Below are positions 36,026-45,134 of a DNA stretch of 64,000 nt, piece by piece. Under the pieces are notes generated by a model, which was not told the DNA's origin, did no database searches, and saw only the letters and a list, made by a program, of their open reading frames with translations. A program made the translations under genes and the position numbers. How positions within the stretch are numbered: position 1 is the stretch's first letter; each line of letters begins with the position of its first letter. This DNA is from Burkholderiales bacterium (lineage in GTDB: Bacteria > Pseudomonadota > Gammaproteobacteria > Burkholderiales > JACQAP01): the NCBI GenBank assembly GCA_045810225.1, contig JBJMWI010000176.1, positions 40,583-104,582 of the forward strand, given 5' to 3'.

Positions 36026-38338
36026 TCATGGTTGTTCATCGATGGCCACGCCGTTGTTCTCACGTCCGTTTGCCGGGCTGCTGCTATGCCGGATGCGAAC
36101 TTGACCATTGAGAAGGCCGCTTGAATAGCGATCGTCACCGCCGCTGTCCAGCAATACGCCAACGCTGTAGACCGGATCGTCGGCCACATAATGGTAGGAA
36201 TTGTCACCGGCTACGCCCTGAGAATCGCCGCTGGACCAGTACATATCATTGCCGCCAGCATCGAACAACCACGCCCCTGACTGTTGCGCGGCGGCGCCCT
36301 GTGCCAGGGATTCAGCACGGTAGAAGTCGTTGCCTGCGCCATCGAACATCATGGCAACCGACTGATCCCAGGCCGCGCCCTGCGCAGCCGCACGCATGGC
36401 CCAATACACATCGTCCCCGGCCAGATCGGAAAACAGTCCGGCAGCCTGATGTGCAGCAAACCCCTGCGTATAGCGTCCGCCGTAGTAGAAATCATTGCCA
36501 CTCGTATCATGCAGCAGACCGGCGCCCCAAAAATAGCCACCGCCCTGGCTGAATTCGCCGCCCTCGTAACGATCATTGCCGGCGAAATCGAGCAAGGCGC
36601 CGAAACCTCCATGGTCGTAGGGCCGAATGCCAAAACCCACACCCTGGCTGAAACTCATGTATGTCGTCGGTGTGCCGTAAGAAGACGGCACCGGGCCGTT
36701 CGCCCGGTACAGATCGTCCCCGCCGAAGTCGATCAGCAGCCCGACACCCGCCGGTCCACCAACGCCTTGGCTCATGCTTTGAGACAGATAGGTGTCCCAG
36801 CCGTCGCCGGCATCAATCAGCACTCCGGCCCCATAAATTCCGGCCCCGGTTGACCAGGCATCGCAGTGATACGTATCCGCGCCTTGCGCATCGAACAACA
36901 AACCAAACCCGAAGGCCCCGGCACCGCAGCCGCCGAGTGCGCTGACGTATGTGTCGTCTCCCGCCATATCGAGCAAAACCGACACCCCGAGCCATCCCGC
37001 TCCTGGTCCGCCCACTTGTGCTTCGTAGCGATCATTGCCAGCGCGATCGATCACGATCTGCGTTTCCAGCGGAACACCGTCGCTCCAGGTGTAGCGATCA
37101 TCTCCGTCAATGTCGATGACCGCATACAGGCGGTCCATGCGGTAATGGTTGGGGCCTGCTCCACCAATAACGATATAACCGCCATCGACTTCAGCGAAAT
37201 CCAAAATTTCCCCGTCCACCATCGCCGCCAGGGCCGCGGGAATCTTGCGTGCGCTCTTGGACGCTTCCGGCACACGGGACGCGGCGATGATGAGCTGATC
37301 GAACGCGTCCAGCAGCGCTGAAAAATCGACTCGCATGCTGGCCTGCATCGCGCGGATGCCTTTCATTGCGTCCCGTTGCTCGATCAAGGTGCGGCTGGTA
37401 GCCGTCTCTTCGAGTAGATAGCGCACGTCACGAAACAATCGTTCACGTGGAGGCGCCGTGCTGAAACCCTCGCGCACCCGCCGGTTCGCTGCTGCAATAG
37501 TCCCGGCGAACACGCTGAGTCCGCCACCGTCTATCGAGTTGGCAGCGACCGGCGACTCGGAATGCATCGAGCTGCAATTGAGCATCAGGATCTCGCACAG
37601 CAGCGGTACGACGCGTTCGCGCGCCTGCCCTGCCGGTTGCATTTCGCCCACAAGCCGATGTTCCCACTCAATCAGCGTGCCGGGATCGGCCAGCGCCTGG
37701 CGGTTCAGGCGCAGTTTGTTGTATCCGTTTTCCTGGCTCGCAAGATCGCCCAGCATTTTTTGCAGGCGTTCGCGTTCCGGCATAAGCGCAGGGGCCGCGG
37801 ACGCGAGCTTTGCCTCCACCATATCCAACCAGACCGGAACGCTACGCGCGGACACTGCCGTAAACGGCACCCGCTGCGGGTAGGCGGCCGGTGTGGCCCA
37901 TTGCTGCAAAGCCCCGACGATGAAATTAACATCGAGCGCTGCGCCATCACGTAGCACGCGTAACGGCAATAGCTGACCGGGCGAAGAGGAGTGCAGCGTC
38001 TCCAGCAGGCGCGCCGCGTTCATTTTCTCCCCTGCCACTGAATCGATTTTATCTCCGGCTTTCAGGCCCGATAGCGTCGCAGGTCCAGCAATGACGTCCA
38101 GGATCACGGGGTTGCCATCGGCATCCTGTCCAAGCGCGAAACCGGCATACGGCACACCTGCCGGTGAGGACTGGGCGGGTGGTGACTCAACGCCCGGGTG
38201 GAAATGCGCGCAGCCGGGAAATAACACCACAGTCACGGCGCACGCGCATAGCTGAAGTAACCGCGCTGCGTGCAGCCTTTGCGCTGGTTCAATACTCGCT
38301 GCTGCTTTCGGTCTGTAGTCACGCGGGCCGGCTGCCAT
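36026..38338 (-). CDS. PDZ domain lipoprotein with a C-terminal array of about 12 degenerate ~26-aa hLhDxxGNDxY repeats (predicted beta-solenoid)
   Basis: Lipobox LFPGC. The PDZ-like segment is ILDVIAGPATLSGLKAGDKIDSVAGEKM. The repeats are listed in the findings. The start is uncertain: the ORF opens at 38401, and internal ATGs at 38350 and 38338 avoid overlap with the divergent chaC. Confidence 0.8.
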   Translation of the reverse strand: MAAGPRDYRPKAAASIEPAQRLHAARLLQLCACAVTVVLFPGCAHFHPGVESPPAQSSPAGVPYAGFALGQDADGNPVILDVIAGPATLSGLKAGDKIDSVAGEKMNAARLLETLHSSSPGQLLPLRVLRDGAALDVNFIVGALQQWATPAAYPQRVPFTAVSARSVPVWLDMVEAKLASAAPALMPERERLQKMLGDLASQENGYNKLRLNRQALADPGTLIEWEHRLVGEMQPAGQARERVVPLLCEILMLNCSSMHSESPVAANSIDGGGLSVFAGTIAAANRRVREGFSTAPPRERLFRDVRYLLEETATSRTLIEQRDAMKGIRAMQASMRVDFSALLDAFDQLIIAASRVPEASKSARKIPAALAAMVDGEILDFAEVDGGYIVIGGAGPNHYRMDRLYAVIDIDGDDRYTWSDGVPLETQIVIDRAGNDRYEAQVGGPGAGWLGVSVLLDMAGDDTYVSALGGCGAGAFGFGLLFDAQGADTYHCDAWSTGAGIYGAGVLIDAGDGWDTYLSQSMSQGVGGPAGVGLLIDFGGDDLYRANGPVPSSYGTPTTYMSFSQGVGFGIRPYDHGGFGALLDFAGNDRYEGGEFSQGGGYFWGAGLLHDTSGNDFYYGGRYTQGFAAHQAAGLFSDLAGDDVYWAMRAAAQGAAWDQSVAMMFDGAGNDFYRAESLAQGAAAQQSGAWLFDAGGNDMYWSSGDSQGVAGDNSYHYVADDPVYSVGVLLDSGGDDRYSSGLLNGQVRIRHSSSPANGRENNGVAIDEQP

Positions 38339-38385
38339 AGGCACGAACATTAGCAGATGTTGTTGCGGCCGGCGCCTGTGGCAAC

Positions 38386-39087
38386 ATGCACTCTGTGACA
38401 ACGAAGTCGAATTTGAAATCGCAAGTCGATCGCGCCTTCCTGGAGAAGGACGGTGTGCGCCAGGCGGTGCGGGATGCCGGACACGGGCATTTGCTTATGT
38501 CCGACCACGACGTGGCTGCCTCGCTCGCCGCAACGCTCGCACTGCATTCCAAAGAAAAGCCGGTCTGGGTATTCGGCTATGGCTCGCTAATCTGGAACCC
38601 GCTGGTGGAATACGCGGAACGCAGGCCGGCGCGCATCCACGGCTTTCATCGCGGCTTCTATCTATGGTCGAAAATCAATCGCGGCTCGCCGAAAATTCCC
38701 GGGCTGGTACTGGGATTGGACCAGGGAGGCTCCTGCGCGGGCATCGCTTACCGGCTGCACGATGACAAATTGGACAGTGAACTGGCATTGCTGTGGCGCC
38801 GGGAAATGTTGATGGGTACTTATCGGCCACGCTGGGTCAGCGCCGATCTCGAAGGCTGCACCGTGCGCGCGATTGCGTTTGTGGTGGACCGCAAAAAGCC
38901 CGGCTACACCGGCCGGCTGCGCGATGAACAAATCGTTTCCATTGCGCTTAAAGCCTCGGGTTACTACGGCTCTTGCGCGGATTACCTGGTCCAGACAGCA
39001 AAAAGTCTGGAGGCGGCCGGCATCGCAGATCAGCGGCTATCGCGCCTGGCAAGAATCGTAGAAACCAAAAGCGCCCGTGTGGGATAA
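38386..39087 (+). CDS. chaC: ChaC-family gamma-glutamylcyclotransferase
   Basis: VWVFGYGSLIWNP ... GFHR.F ... GLVLGLD.GGSC.G.AYRL ... LLWRREM is colinear with E. coli ChaC as I recall it, including the N-terminal DRAFL...AASLAAT region. Confidence 0.85.
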   Translation: MHSVTTKSNLKSQVDRAFLEKDGVRQAVRDAGHGHLLMSDHDVAASLAATLALHSKEKPVWVFGYGSLIWNPLVEYAERRPARIHGFHRGFYLWSKINRGSPKIPGLVLGLDQGGSCAGIAYRLHDDKLDSELALLWRREMLMGTYRPRWVSADLEGCTVRAIAFVVDRKKPGYTGRLRDEQIVSIALKASGYYGSCADYLVQTAKSLEAAGIADQRLSRLARIVETKSARVG

Positions 39088-39096
39088 AGGCCGCGC

Positions 39097-39645
39097 TTAA
39101 GTCACCACCACTTTTTTGACCAGATTCGCCAGCAATTTGGCGATCAGGTCCTTGGTCTGCTGGTCCGTCAGATTACCTTGGGCATCGAAGCTTTTTGACG
39201 CATTGATCATGACTTCCGGCTGGTTCACCGGGTGCATATCCAAAAACACGAAAATCTGGCGCAAATGGTATTGCGCGCGCGCAGTGCCAATTACGCCGAC
39301 CGACGCGCCCATGACCGCAACCGGCTTGCCATTCCACGCGCTATCCCCATAAGGCCGCGATGCCCAATCGATTGCATTCTTCAGCACGCCCGGGAGGGAA
39401 TAGTTGTATTCGGGGGTAACGAACAGAATCGCATCCGCCGCGCGAATTCTCGCTTTCATTTCGACTACTTTGGCCGGCGGATTTTTTTCATCGTCCTGGT
39501 TGAAGCCGGGCAGGCCGTCGATGTCCAGAATATCGAGAGACGCCCCGGCGGGGACGAGTTTTTGCGCCTCGCGCAACGCCGTTTTGTTAAAAGAAGCCTT
39601 GCGCAGACTGCCTGCGATGCCAAGTATCTTGATGTTACCCGCCAT
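39097..39645 (-). CDS. NADPH-dependent FMN reductase family oxidoreductase
   Basis: KILGIAGSLRKASFNK ... FVTPEYNYSLPGVLKNAIDWASRP is the flavodoxin-like FMN reductase signature. Confidence 0.9.
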   Translation of the reverse strand: MAGNIKILGIAGSLRKASFNKTALREAQKLVPAGASLDILDIDGLPGFNQDDEKNPPAKVVEMKARIRAADAILFVTPEYNYSLPGVLKNAIDWASRPYGDSAWNGKPVAVMGASVGVIGTARAQYHLRQIFVFLDMHPVNQPEVMINASKSFDAQGNLTDQQTKDLIAKLLANLVKKVVVT

Positions 39646-39739
39646 GTAAATCTCCCGAAGAAGTGTTGCAGAAATACGAGGCGCGTTATGCCACTGCGCT
39701 TCGCATGCCGCGCCATCTTACCGGGAACCGCCGGGCTAT

Positions 39740-39994
39740 TCAGCGGCTCGCACTAGCCGACGAACGTTCGCTGGTCGATTTGTGTTGTTTCGTGCTTTTC
39801 CTGGAAGACGTCTTTTTCTTCGGCCCAGGTACTTTTCCGCCGGCGCGGCGCGCCTCGGAAAGCCCGATTGCGATTGCCTGCTTGCGGCTGGTTACTTTTT
39901 TCCCGGAACGTCCGCTTTTAAGCGTGCCCGCCTTGCGTTCCTTCATTGCCTTCCCGACTTTCTCGGATGCCTTTTTTCCGTATTTGCTCGCCAT
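39740..39994 (-). CDS. small basic protein (DUF6496-like)
   Basis: 84 aa. The KSGRSGKKVTSRKQAIAIGLSEARRAG core matches my recollection of the DUF6496 family. Confidence 0.65.
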   Translation of the reverse strand: MASKYGKKASEKVGKAMKERKAGTLKSGRSGKKVTSRKQAIAIGLSEARRAGGKVPGPKKKTSSRKSTKQHKSTSERSSASASR

Positions 39995-40080
39995 GGTCGT
40001 TCTCCTTGGTCACGGAAGGACACTAGGTCTAGTCCTTTCCACTGACGTGTGACCGCAGCGAATGACAATTAGTGCCCGGA

Positions 40081-40623
40081 TTAAACCCCCAACAGCTCGA
40101 GTTGCGGATTGTGCTGGCGTGTCCCCGTTTCAACAGACGCAGGTTTCATTGCTTCATGCGCAAGCAGCGCGCGCTTGCGTTCCAAGCCGCCGGCATAGCC
40201 CGTCAATGAGCGGTCGGTGCCAATCACGCGATGGCAAGGCACGATGATGGAAATCGGATTACGCGCATTGCTATGGCCTACTGCTCGGGATGCGCTTGGC
40301 TTGCCGATGCGGCGGGCCAGTTCCCCATACGAAATGGTATGGCCGTACGGGATGTTGCGAAGCTCTCTCCATACGATGGTCTGAAATGCCGTACCTCCGG
40401 TCGCTAGCGGCAAGTCGAACTCCGTCAGCCTGCCATCGAAATAGGCCTGCAGTTGTGCAATCGTGCGGCCAAAAGGCTCCGCCACATCGTCACGGATCCA
40501 GTCATTGCGAGGGACGGGACGATGCTTGTCATTGTCGGTATGCAAGCCGATGAGCGAAATGCCGTCTGACATCAGCAGCAAGTCACCAACCGGAGTCTCC
40601 ATGGTTGTGATCCAAGTCGTCAT
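40081..40623 (-). CDS. ogt: methylated-DNA--protein-cysteine methyltransferase
   Basis: The active-site motif IIVPCHRVIG is present, with a preceding TAFQTIVWRELRNIPYGHTISYGELA helix-turn-wing. The ATG overlaps the upstream stop (ATGA at 40620-40623). Confidence 0.9.
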   Translation of the reverse strand: MTTWITTMETPVGDLLLMSDGISLIGLHTDNDKHRPVPRNDWIRDDVAEPFGRTIAQLQAYFDGRLTEFDLPLATGGTAFQTIVWRELRNIPYGHTISYGELARRIGKPSASRAVGHSNARNPISIIVPCHRVIGTDRSLTGYAGGLERKRALLAHEAMKPASVETGTRQHNPQLELLGV

Positions 40624-42047
40624 GCAAGTGATCTCCATAAATGCATCGCCGCGTAAGCGCGCCAGGGACGCCATGCTTCGGCGTGCGCGAGAATCTTGCG
40701 TTCGTCGTCGAAACCAAGGGCCTTGCGAATGCCGAGATCCGTTGCGGGAAACGCATCCGGCCAGGCAAACGCGCGCATGGCCAGATACTGCGCGGTCCAC
40801 TCGCCAATACCGGGGAGTTCCTTCAAGCGTGCGATCGCTTCTCCGACATCCACCCCGGGATCCAGCAAACGCGGGTCCTTAGCAATTGCGGTAGCCACCC
40901 CGTGCAGTGTTCGTGCGCGCGCTGCAGTCACGCCAATCTTCATGATCATTCCAGCAGAAGCTGCGGCAACGCGCTCTGCGGTCGGCATCAACAGATGCAA
41001 CTCGTCAAACGGTGTCGCAACCGGTTCGCCAAAGGCCAATGCGAAGCGGCCGGCGAGCGTGGTTGCAGCCTTGACACTGATCTGTTGGCCCAGTACCGCG
41101 CGCATCGCAACCTCGAATCCATCGAACGCGCCCGGCAAACGCAGCCCCGGACACAGTACCGCCAGATTGCCAAGCCGTTGCGCAATACGTTCGGGCTCAG
41201 CTCCCAGATCGAACAGTCTGCGCAACCGCATCAGCACAGCCGGAATCACCCGGCTTAGCTCGGGCGCAACTTCCACGGATAATGCATGGCGGCTCCTGCT
41301 TGGCGTTACGCGAATCCACCCGGTACGCCCGCCGCTGCTGAATGTGCGCGAATACGTCGCTCCGCTGATGGCTTCGACGCCGGCGTAAAGGCGCCGTTGC
41401 AGAAAATGCAGCAATGCTTCCCAGTCCAGCGGGGGGCGATAGGCCAAATCGAACATGAGACGGCCCGTGGATCGTGCGCCGGCCCCGCGCCGGAACTGTG
41501 TGGGATTCAGCCGGTAGTTCGTCTTGAACGCATCGTTGAAACGCCGCAAGCTGGCGAAGCCGCTCGCGAAAGCGACGTCAGTAATGGACAGTGCCGTATC
41601 GGTCAGCAACATCTTCGCTGTCAACAGCCGTTGGGTCTCCAGCAGCCGGTTTGGCGAAACGCCAAATTCATCCTGAATCACACGCCGCAAATGGCGCTCA
41701 CTGATACTCATTTGCGCGGCCAGCGCAGCGACGCTGATTTCGTTCAAGGCGCCTTGTTCTATGCGCCGGCCCAGCGCGACTGCGAGCCGGTTGCCCGAAT
41801 CCACGAGTGCGTTGCCGGGCGCGTTCTCTGGCCGGCAGCGCAGGCAGGGACGGAATCCGGCCTGCTCCGCGGCCGCGGCGCTCCGGTAGAACGTGCAATT
41901 GCGTTTGAGCGGACGCCGGGAGTTGCAGATAAGGCGACAGTAAATCCCGGTGGAAGAAATACCGACGTACATCAATCCGTCGAAACGAGCATCACGGCTG
42001 ATGAGTGCCTGGTAACAGCTGTCCGGATCGAGTTCCATGGAGCGCAT
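40620..42047 (-). CDS. bifunctional Ada-N (AraC-type regulator) / AlkA-like DNA-3-methyladenine glycosylase II
   Basis: The N-terminal Zn-Cys4 methylphosphotriester-repair domain (CRLICNSRRP...CLRCRPE) is followed by an AraC HTH region (LAAQMSISERHLRRVIQDEFGVSPNRLL). The C-terminal HhH-GPD glycosylase has LPGIGEWTAQYLAMRA ... D. Confidence 0.88.
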   Translation of the reverse strand: MRSMELDPDSCYQALISRDARFDGLMYVGISSTGIYCRLICNSRRPLKRNCTFYRSAAAAEQAGFRPCLRCRPENAPGNALVDSGNRLAVALGRRIEQGALNEISVAALAAQMSISERHLRRVIQDEFGVSPNRLLETQRLLTAKMLLTDTALSITDVAFASGFASLRRFNDAFKTNYRLNPTQFRRGAGARSTGRLMFDLAYRPPLDWEALLHFLQRRLYAGVEAISGATYSRTFSSGGRTGWIRVTPSRSRHALSVEVAPELSRVIPAVLMRLRRLFDLGAEPERIAQRLGNLAVLCPGLRLPGAFDGFEVAMRAVLGQQISVKAATTLAGRFALAFGEPVATPFDELHLLMPTAERVAAASAGMIMKIGVTAARARTLHGVATAIAKDPRLLDPGVDVGEAIARLKELPGIGEWTAQYLAMRAFAWPDAFPATDLGIRKALGFDDERKILAHAEAWRPWRAYAAMHLWRSLA

Positions 42048-42137
42048 CTTGCCGACACGGCAAGTATTTCGCTAGCCATTTTCGGACATGCAGTTCGCAG
42101 TGCGGGCTATGACCGGCACGTGCTGGCAAACGGCCGG

Positions 42138-45134
42138 TCATGTCGTGCTCGTCCATTCCCTCCAGCCGCGCAACAGCGGAAAGTACAGGCCCATGCGCGT
42201 CGCCCCGAGAGCGTGCGCGTAACGAGCCAACTGCGGTGCGTAACGTTCGCGCTCTCGCTCCAGAAAGGCCTCGATGTTCGCGCCTTCATGGCGGCTGGTC
42301 TTGTAATCGACGACCCACCACGTACCATCCGCATCGCGAATGCGGCGGTCGATCACATGGCGCCTGCCGTCTTGCGTATGCACCGCGTATTCGGTCCACG
42401 CTTCGGCGTGCGGACCCATCAGCCATCTGCCGCGCTCGTCCAGCAAGGTATTGCTTAAGGCGGTAGAGACAAGATCGGCTGCTACTTTTAGTTCAGAGTC
42501 TGGAACGCCATGCCGCCGCAGTTCGCTGCAAAACCGCGGCCACAATGAAACGACCCGCTGCGTGCTCCAGCCCTCCAGCGCATCATCCGCCATCCGCTGC
42601 AACCAACGGTGGACAATCGTCCCGACTTGCCGGGCCGTTTCTCCGGCCCAGGAGAACTCGATCTGCTGTTCTTCGCTTCGTCCGTTCGGCGCATTCCAAC
42701 GCACAGCGTCGGGCGCTGACGGGAGCTTGAGCCCGGACGCTATACGCCTGAGCATATACGCTGGCTCGGCGGCTGCGGTTTGGGGCGCCACCGGCACGCG
42801 ATCCAGTCCAGCGAAAATCTCCTGCGCGAGCGGCCACGCCTGTGCCAGAAGCGAGCGCTTATCCGGGGCTTTAAGTTGGCCCGCCTCGTCGAGTTTCACG
42901 CAGGCTAGAAGGTGCAAGCGCCTGGCGGCGCGAGTGGCGGCGACATAGAGAAGGCGTGCGGTCTCGGCATCTTCGGCAGCGCGGTCCAGGCGCCGCAGGT
43001 ATTCATAGACCGGGTCTTTGTCAGCGCCGGTTTCTTTGATGGGCGCGAGCAGTAACCCGGTCACAGCCGATGCGGCCGCTCCCTTGTCCTGAAGACCTTC
43101 CGCAAAAACCAGTTCCTTCCACAGAAAAAGCGGCGAGTCATCGGTACCGGAGATTTTGTCCAGGCCGGGAACGATGACCGTGTCGAATTGCAGGCCCTTG
43201 GCCTTGTGAATGGTCATGATTTGCAGATCGTCGTCGCTGGAGGCGACATCGGGCAGCGCGTAGAGCTCGCTCAGGCTGCCGGCAAGCGCGGCGAAGTCGG
43301 GAGGCGAGCCGGACGCCTCAAGCTTCGAAAGTTCATCGAGGAAGATCTCGGCGTCCTCTAGGTCGGTCTCGTTCTCGACGCACGCGGGACCACCGAGCGC
43401 GAGCCAGACGCCTTCGACGCGATCGCGCAAGCTGCCGCGGCCGCGCTCGGCAAGCGCCGGCCCGAGGACGCTTCTGAAATTGGCAAGGAAAAGGTTGTCC
43501 TGGATCAGTTCCCAAATGGTGGCGAAGCGATCGGCTGCCGCAATCTGATGCAGATCACTCAGCGCCAGGCCGATCCACGGCGCGCGCAGCAGCGAGAGCC
43601 AGGCAATTCGATCGCCGAGGTGCGTCAGGGCGCGCGCGATCGCGTAGAGGTCTTGCACGACCTGTTTCTCATGCAGTCGCTCGATCTCGATGGCCCGAAA
43701 GCGGATGCCCGCGCTTCTGAGGGCGGGAATAATTTCGGCAAGCGCATCACGATTGCGCACCAGAATCGCCGCACGCCCCTCAGCCCGGTGCACGAGCTGC
43801 ACGACACTGCGCGCCTCGTGGGCGCGATCAGGACTGTTGGTCCACAAAACAGCCGGCCCGCCCAGCTGCGGCTTTTCAGGGTGCGGCGTCGCGGCTGAAT
43901 AGGGCACTGCGCCAGACACGGGATCCGCCGCCGTCGGCAGGATTTGGCTGAAGGTGTCATTGAACCAATCGACAAGGCCAGCGTGCGAGCGAAAGTTGGT
44001 CGTGAGCGTCAGCGACTTGAGGTGCACGCTGCCGAGGCCTTCGCTTTGCGCCTTGAGAAACAACGCGACCTGCGCGTCGCGGAATCGATAAATCGACTGC
44101 ATCGGGTCGCCGACCAGGAACAGGGTCCGGCCATCGTTCGGCTGCCAGCCCGAGGTGAGCAGCACAAGCAGCTCCCATTGCGAGAAAGAGGTGTCCTGAA
44201 ACTCGTCCACCAGGAGGTGGCGTACGCGCGCATCCATCGACAGGAGCAGGTCGGTCGGCGCCTCGGCCGTGCCCAACGCGCGTACGGCGCCCTGGGCGAT
44301 TTCGGTGAAGTCTGCCTCGCCACGCTCTGCGAACACGACCCTCAGTTGCGCGGCCGCAAGTGGCAGCAGCTCAATGAGCGATTGCAGGACCTGCCACTGC
44401 GCATCGCTGTAGCGCTCGGGCGGCATGCGAAGCAGGTCCGACAACGCCTGGCGCAGCGGTTCGTTGCCGGAGAGCGCCATGGCCTCGGGGACCTTCTTGC
44501 GCCAGCTATTCTTTTTGGTCAGCATAGCCTCGGCGAACTCGGCAGAGGCTTGCGGATGCAGTACGCGGGCCTTTGCCAGAAAGCGGCTGCGCTCGGAGCG
44601 GAGACAGGATTCGAGCTCGCTGCGCGTGGGCGCGGCGCCAGTTTTGCGCAGCCATTGGTCGCGCTTGGCGAGCATCGAGCCGATCAGCGAGGTAGCCGTG
44701 TCGATGTTGTTATCGAGGTGGGCAAGCAATGCTTCGACCGAAGGAGACAGATCCTTAAGCGTGCGTCTGGCCGCCTCGCGGTAATGCAGGCGCGCATCCT
44801 CGACGATTTGCGGCTGGGCACCGAAACGCGACAGCACCGGCATTTGCCGTGTAAGCGCGGCGCACAGCGCGTCGAACGTCTGGATGCGAAGCCGGTGCGC
44901 GATGTCGGCGGCGTTTGGCAGCTTCTCGAGTACGCGCTCGCGCATCTCGGCGGCGGCCTTGATGGTAAAGGTGATGGCTACGATTTCTTCGGGCTTCTCG
45001 ACCGTGCCAAGGAGCCGGATGTAGCGCTTTACCAGCAGTTCGGTTTTCCCCGATCCGGCGGGCGCCTGCACAATGAACGAGCGTTCCGGGTCAAGCGCCG
45101 CATCGCGGGCGAGCTGGTCGGCAAGCGCGCTCAT
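42138..45134 (-). CDS. addA: AddA-type UvrD-family helicase / PD-(D/E)XK nuclease
   Basis: Start taken at MSALADQ (ATGA overlap with the upstream stop). Walker A APAGSGKTE, DEFQDTS (motif II), and a C-terminal nuclease block VIDRRIRD...WWVVDYKT. Confidence 0.82.
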   Translation of the reverse strand: MSALADQLARDAALDPERSFIVQAPAGSGKTELLVKRYIRLLGTVEKPEEIVAITFTIKAAAEMRERVLEKLPNAADIAHRLRIQTFDALCAALTRQMPVLSRFGAQPQIVEDARLHYREAARRTLKDLSPSVEALLAHLDNNIDTATSLIGSMLAKRDQWLRKTGAAPTRSELESCLRSERSRFLAKARVLHPQASAEFAEAMLTKKNSWRKKVPEAMALSGNEPLRQALSDLLRMPPERYSDAQWQVLQSLIELLPLAAAQLRVVFAERGEADFTEIAQGAVRALGTAEAPTDLLLSMDARVRHLLVDEFQDTSFSQWELLVLLTSGWQPNDGRTLFLVGDPMQSIYRFRDAQVALFLKAQSEGLGSVHLKSLTLTTNFRSHAGLVDWFNDTFSQILPTAADPVSGAVPYSAATPHPEKPQLGGPAVLWTNSPDRAHEARSVVQLVHRAEGRAAILVRNRDALAEIIPALRSAGIRFRAIEIERLHEKQVVQDLYAIARALTHLGDRIAWLSLLRAPWIGLALSDLHQIAAADRFATIWELIQDNLFLANFRSVLGPALAERGRGSLRDRVEGVWLALGGPACVENETDLEDAEIFLDELSKLEASGSPPDFAALAGSLSELYALPDVASSDDDLQIMTIHKAKGLQFDTVIVPGLDKISGTDDSPLFLWKELVFAEGLQDKGAAASAVTGLLLAPIKETGADKDPVYEYLRRLDRAAEDAETARLLYVAATRAARRLHLLACVKLDEAGQLKAPDKRSLLAQAWPLAQEIFAGLDRVPVAPQTAAAEPAYMLRRIASGLKLPSAPDAVRWNAPNGRSEEQQIEFSWAGETARQVGTIVHRWLQRMADDALEGWSTQRVVSLWPRFCSELRRHGVPDSELKVAADLVSTALSNTLLDERGRWLMGPHAEAWTEYAVHTQDGRRHVIDRRIRDADGTWWVVDYKTSRHEGANIEAFLERERERYAPQLARYAHALGATRMGLYFPLLRGWREWTSTT

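Noticed and set aside
36121-36945. Several plus-strand ORFs (143, 189 and 94 aa) opposite the repeat region of the PDZ lipoprotein.
   Set aside because: They are extremely Arg/Pro/His-rich. They are generated by the periodic GC-rich repeat on the other strand.
41286-42458. 390-aa plus-strand ORF opposite the ada-alkA fusion and the addA 3' end.
   Set aside because: It is antisense to a motif-rich gene, has no recognisable motifs and has Arg-rich composition.
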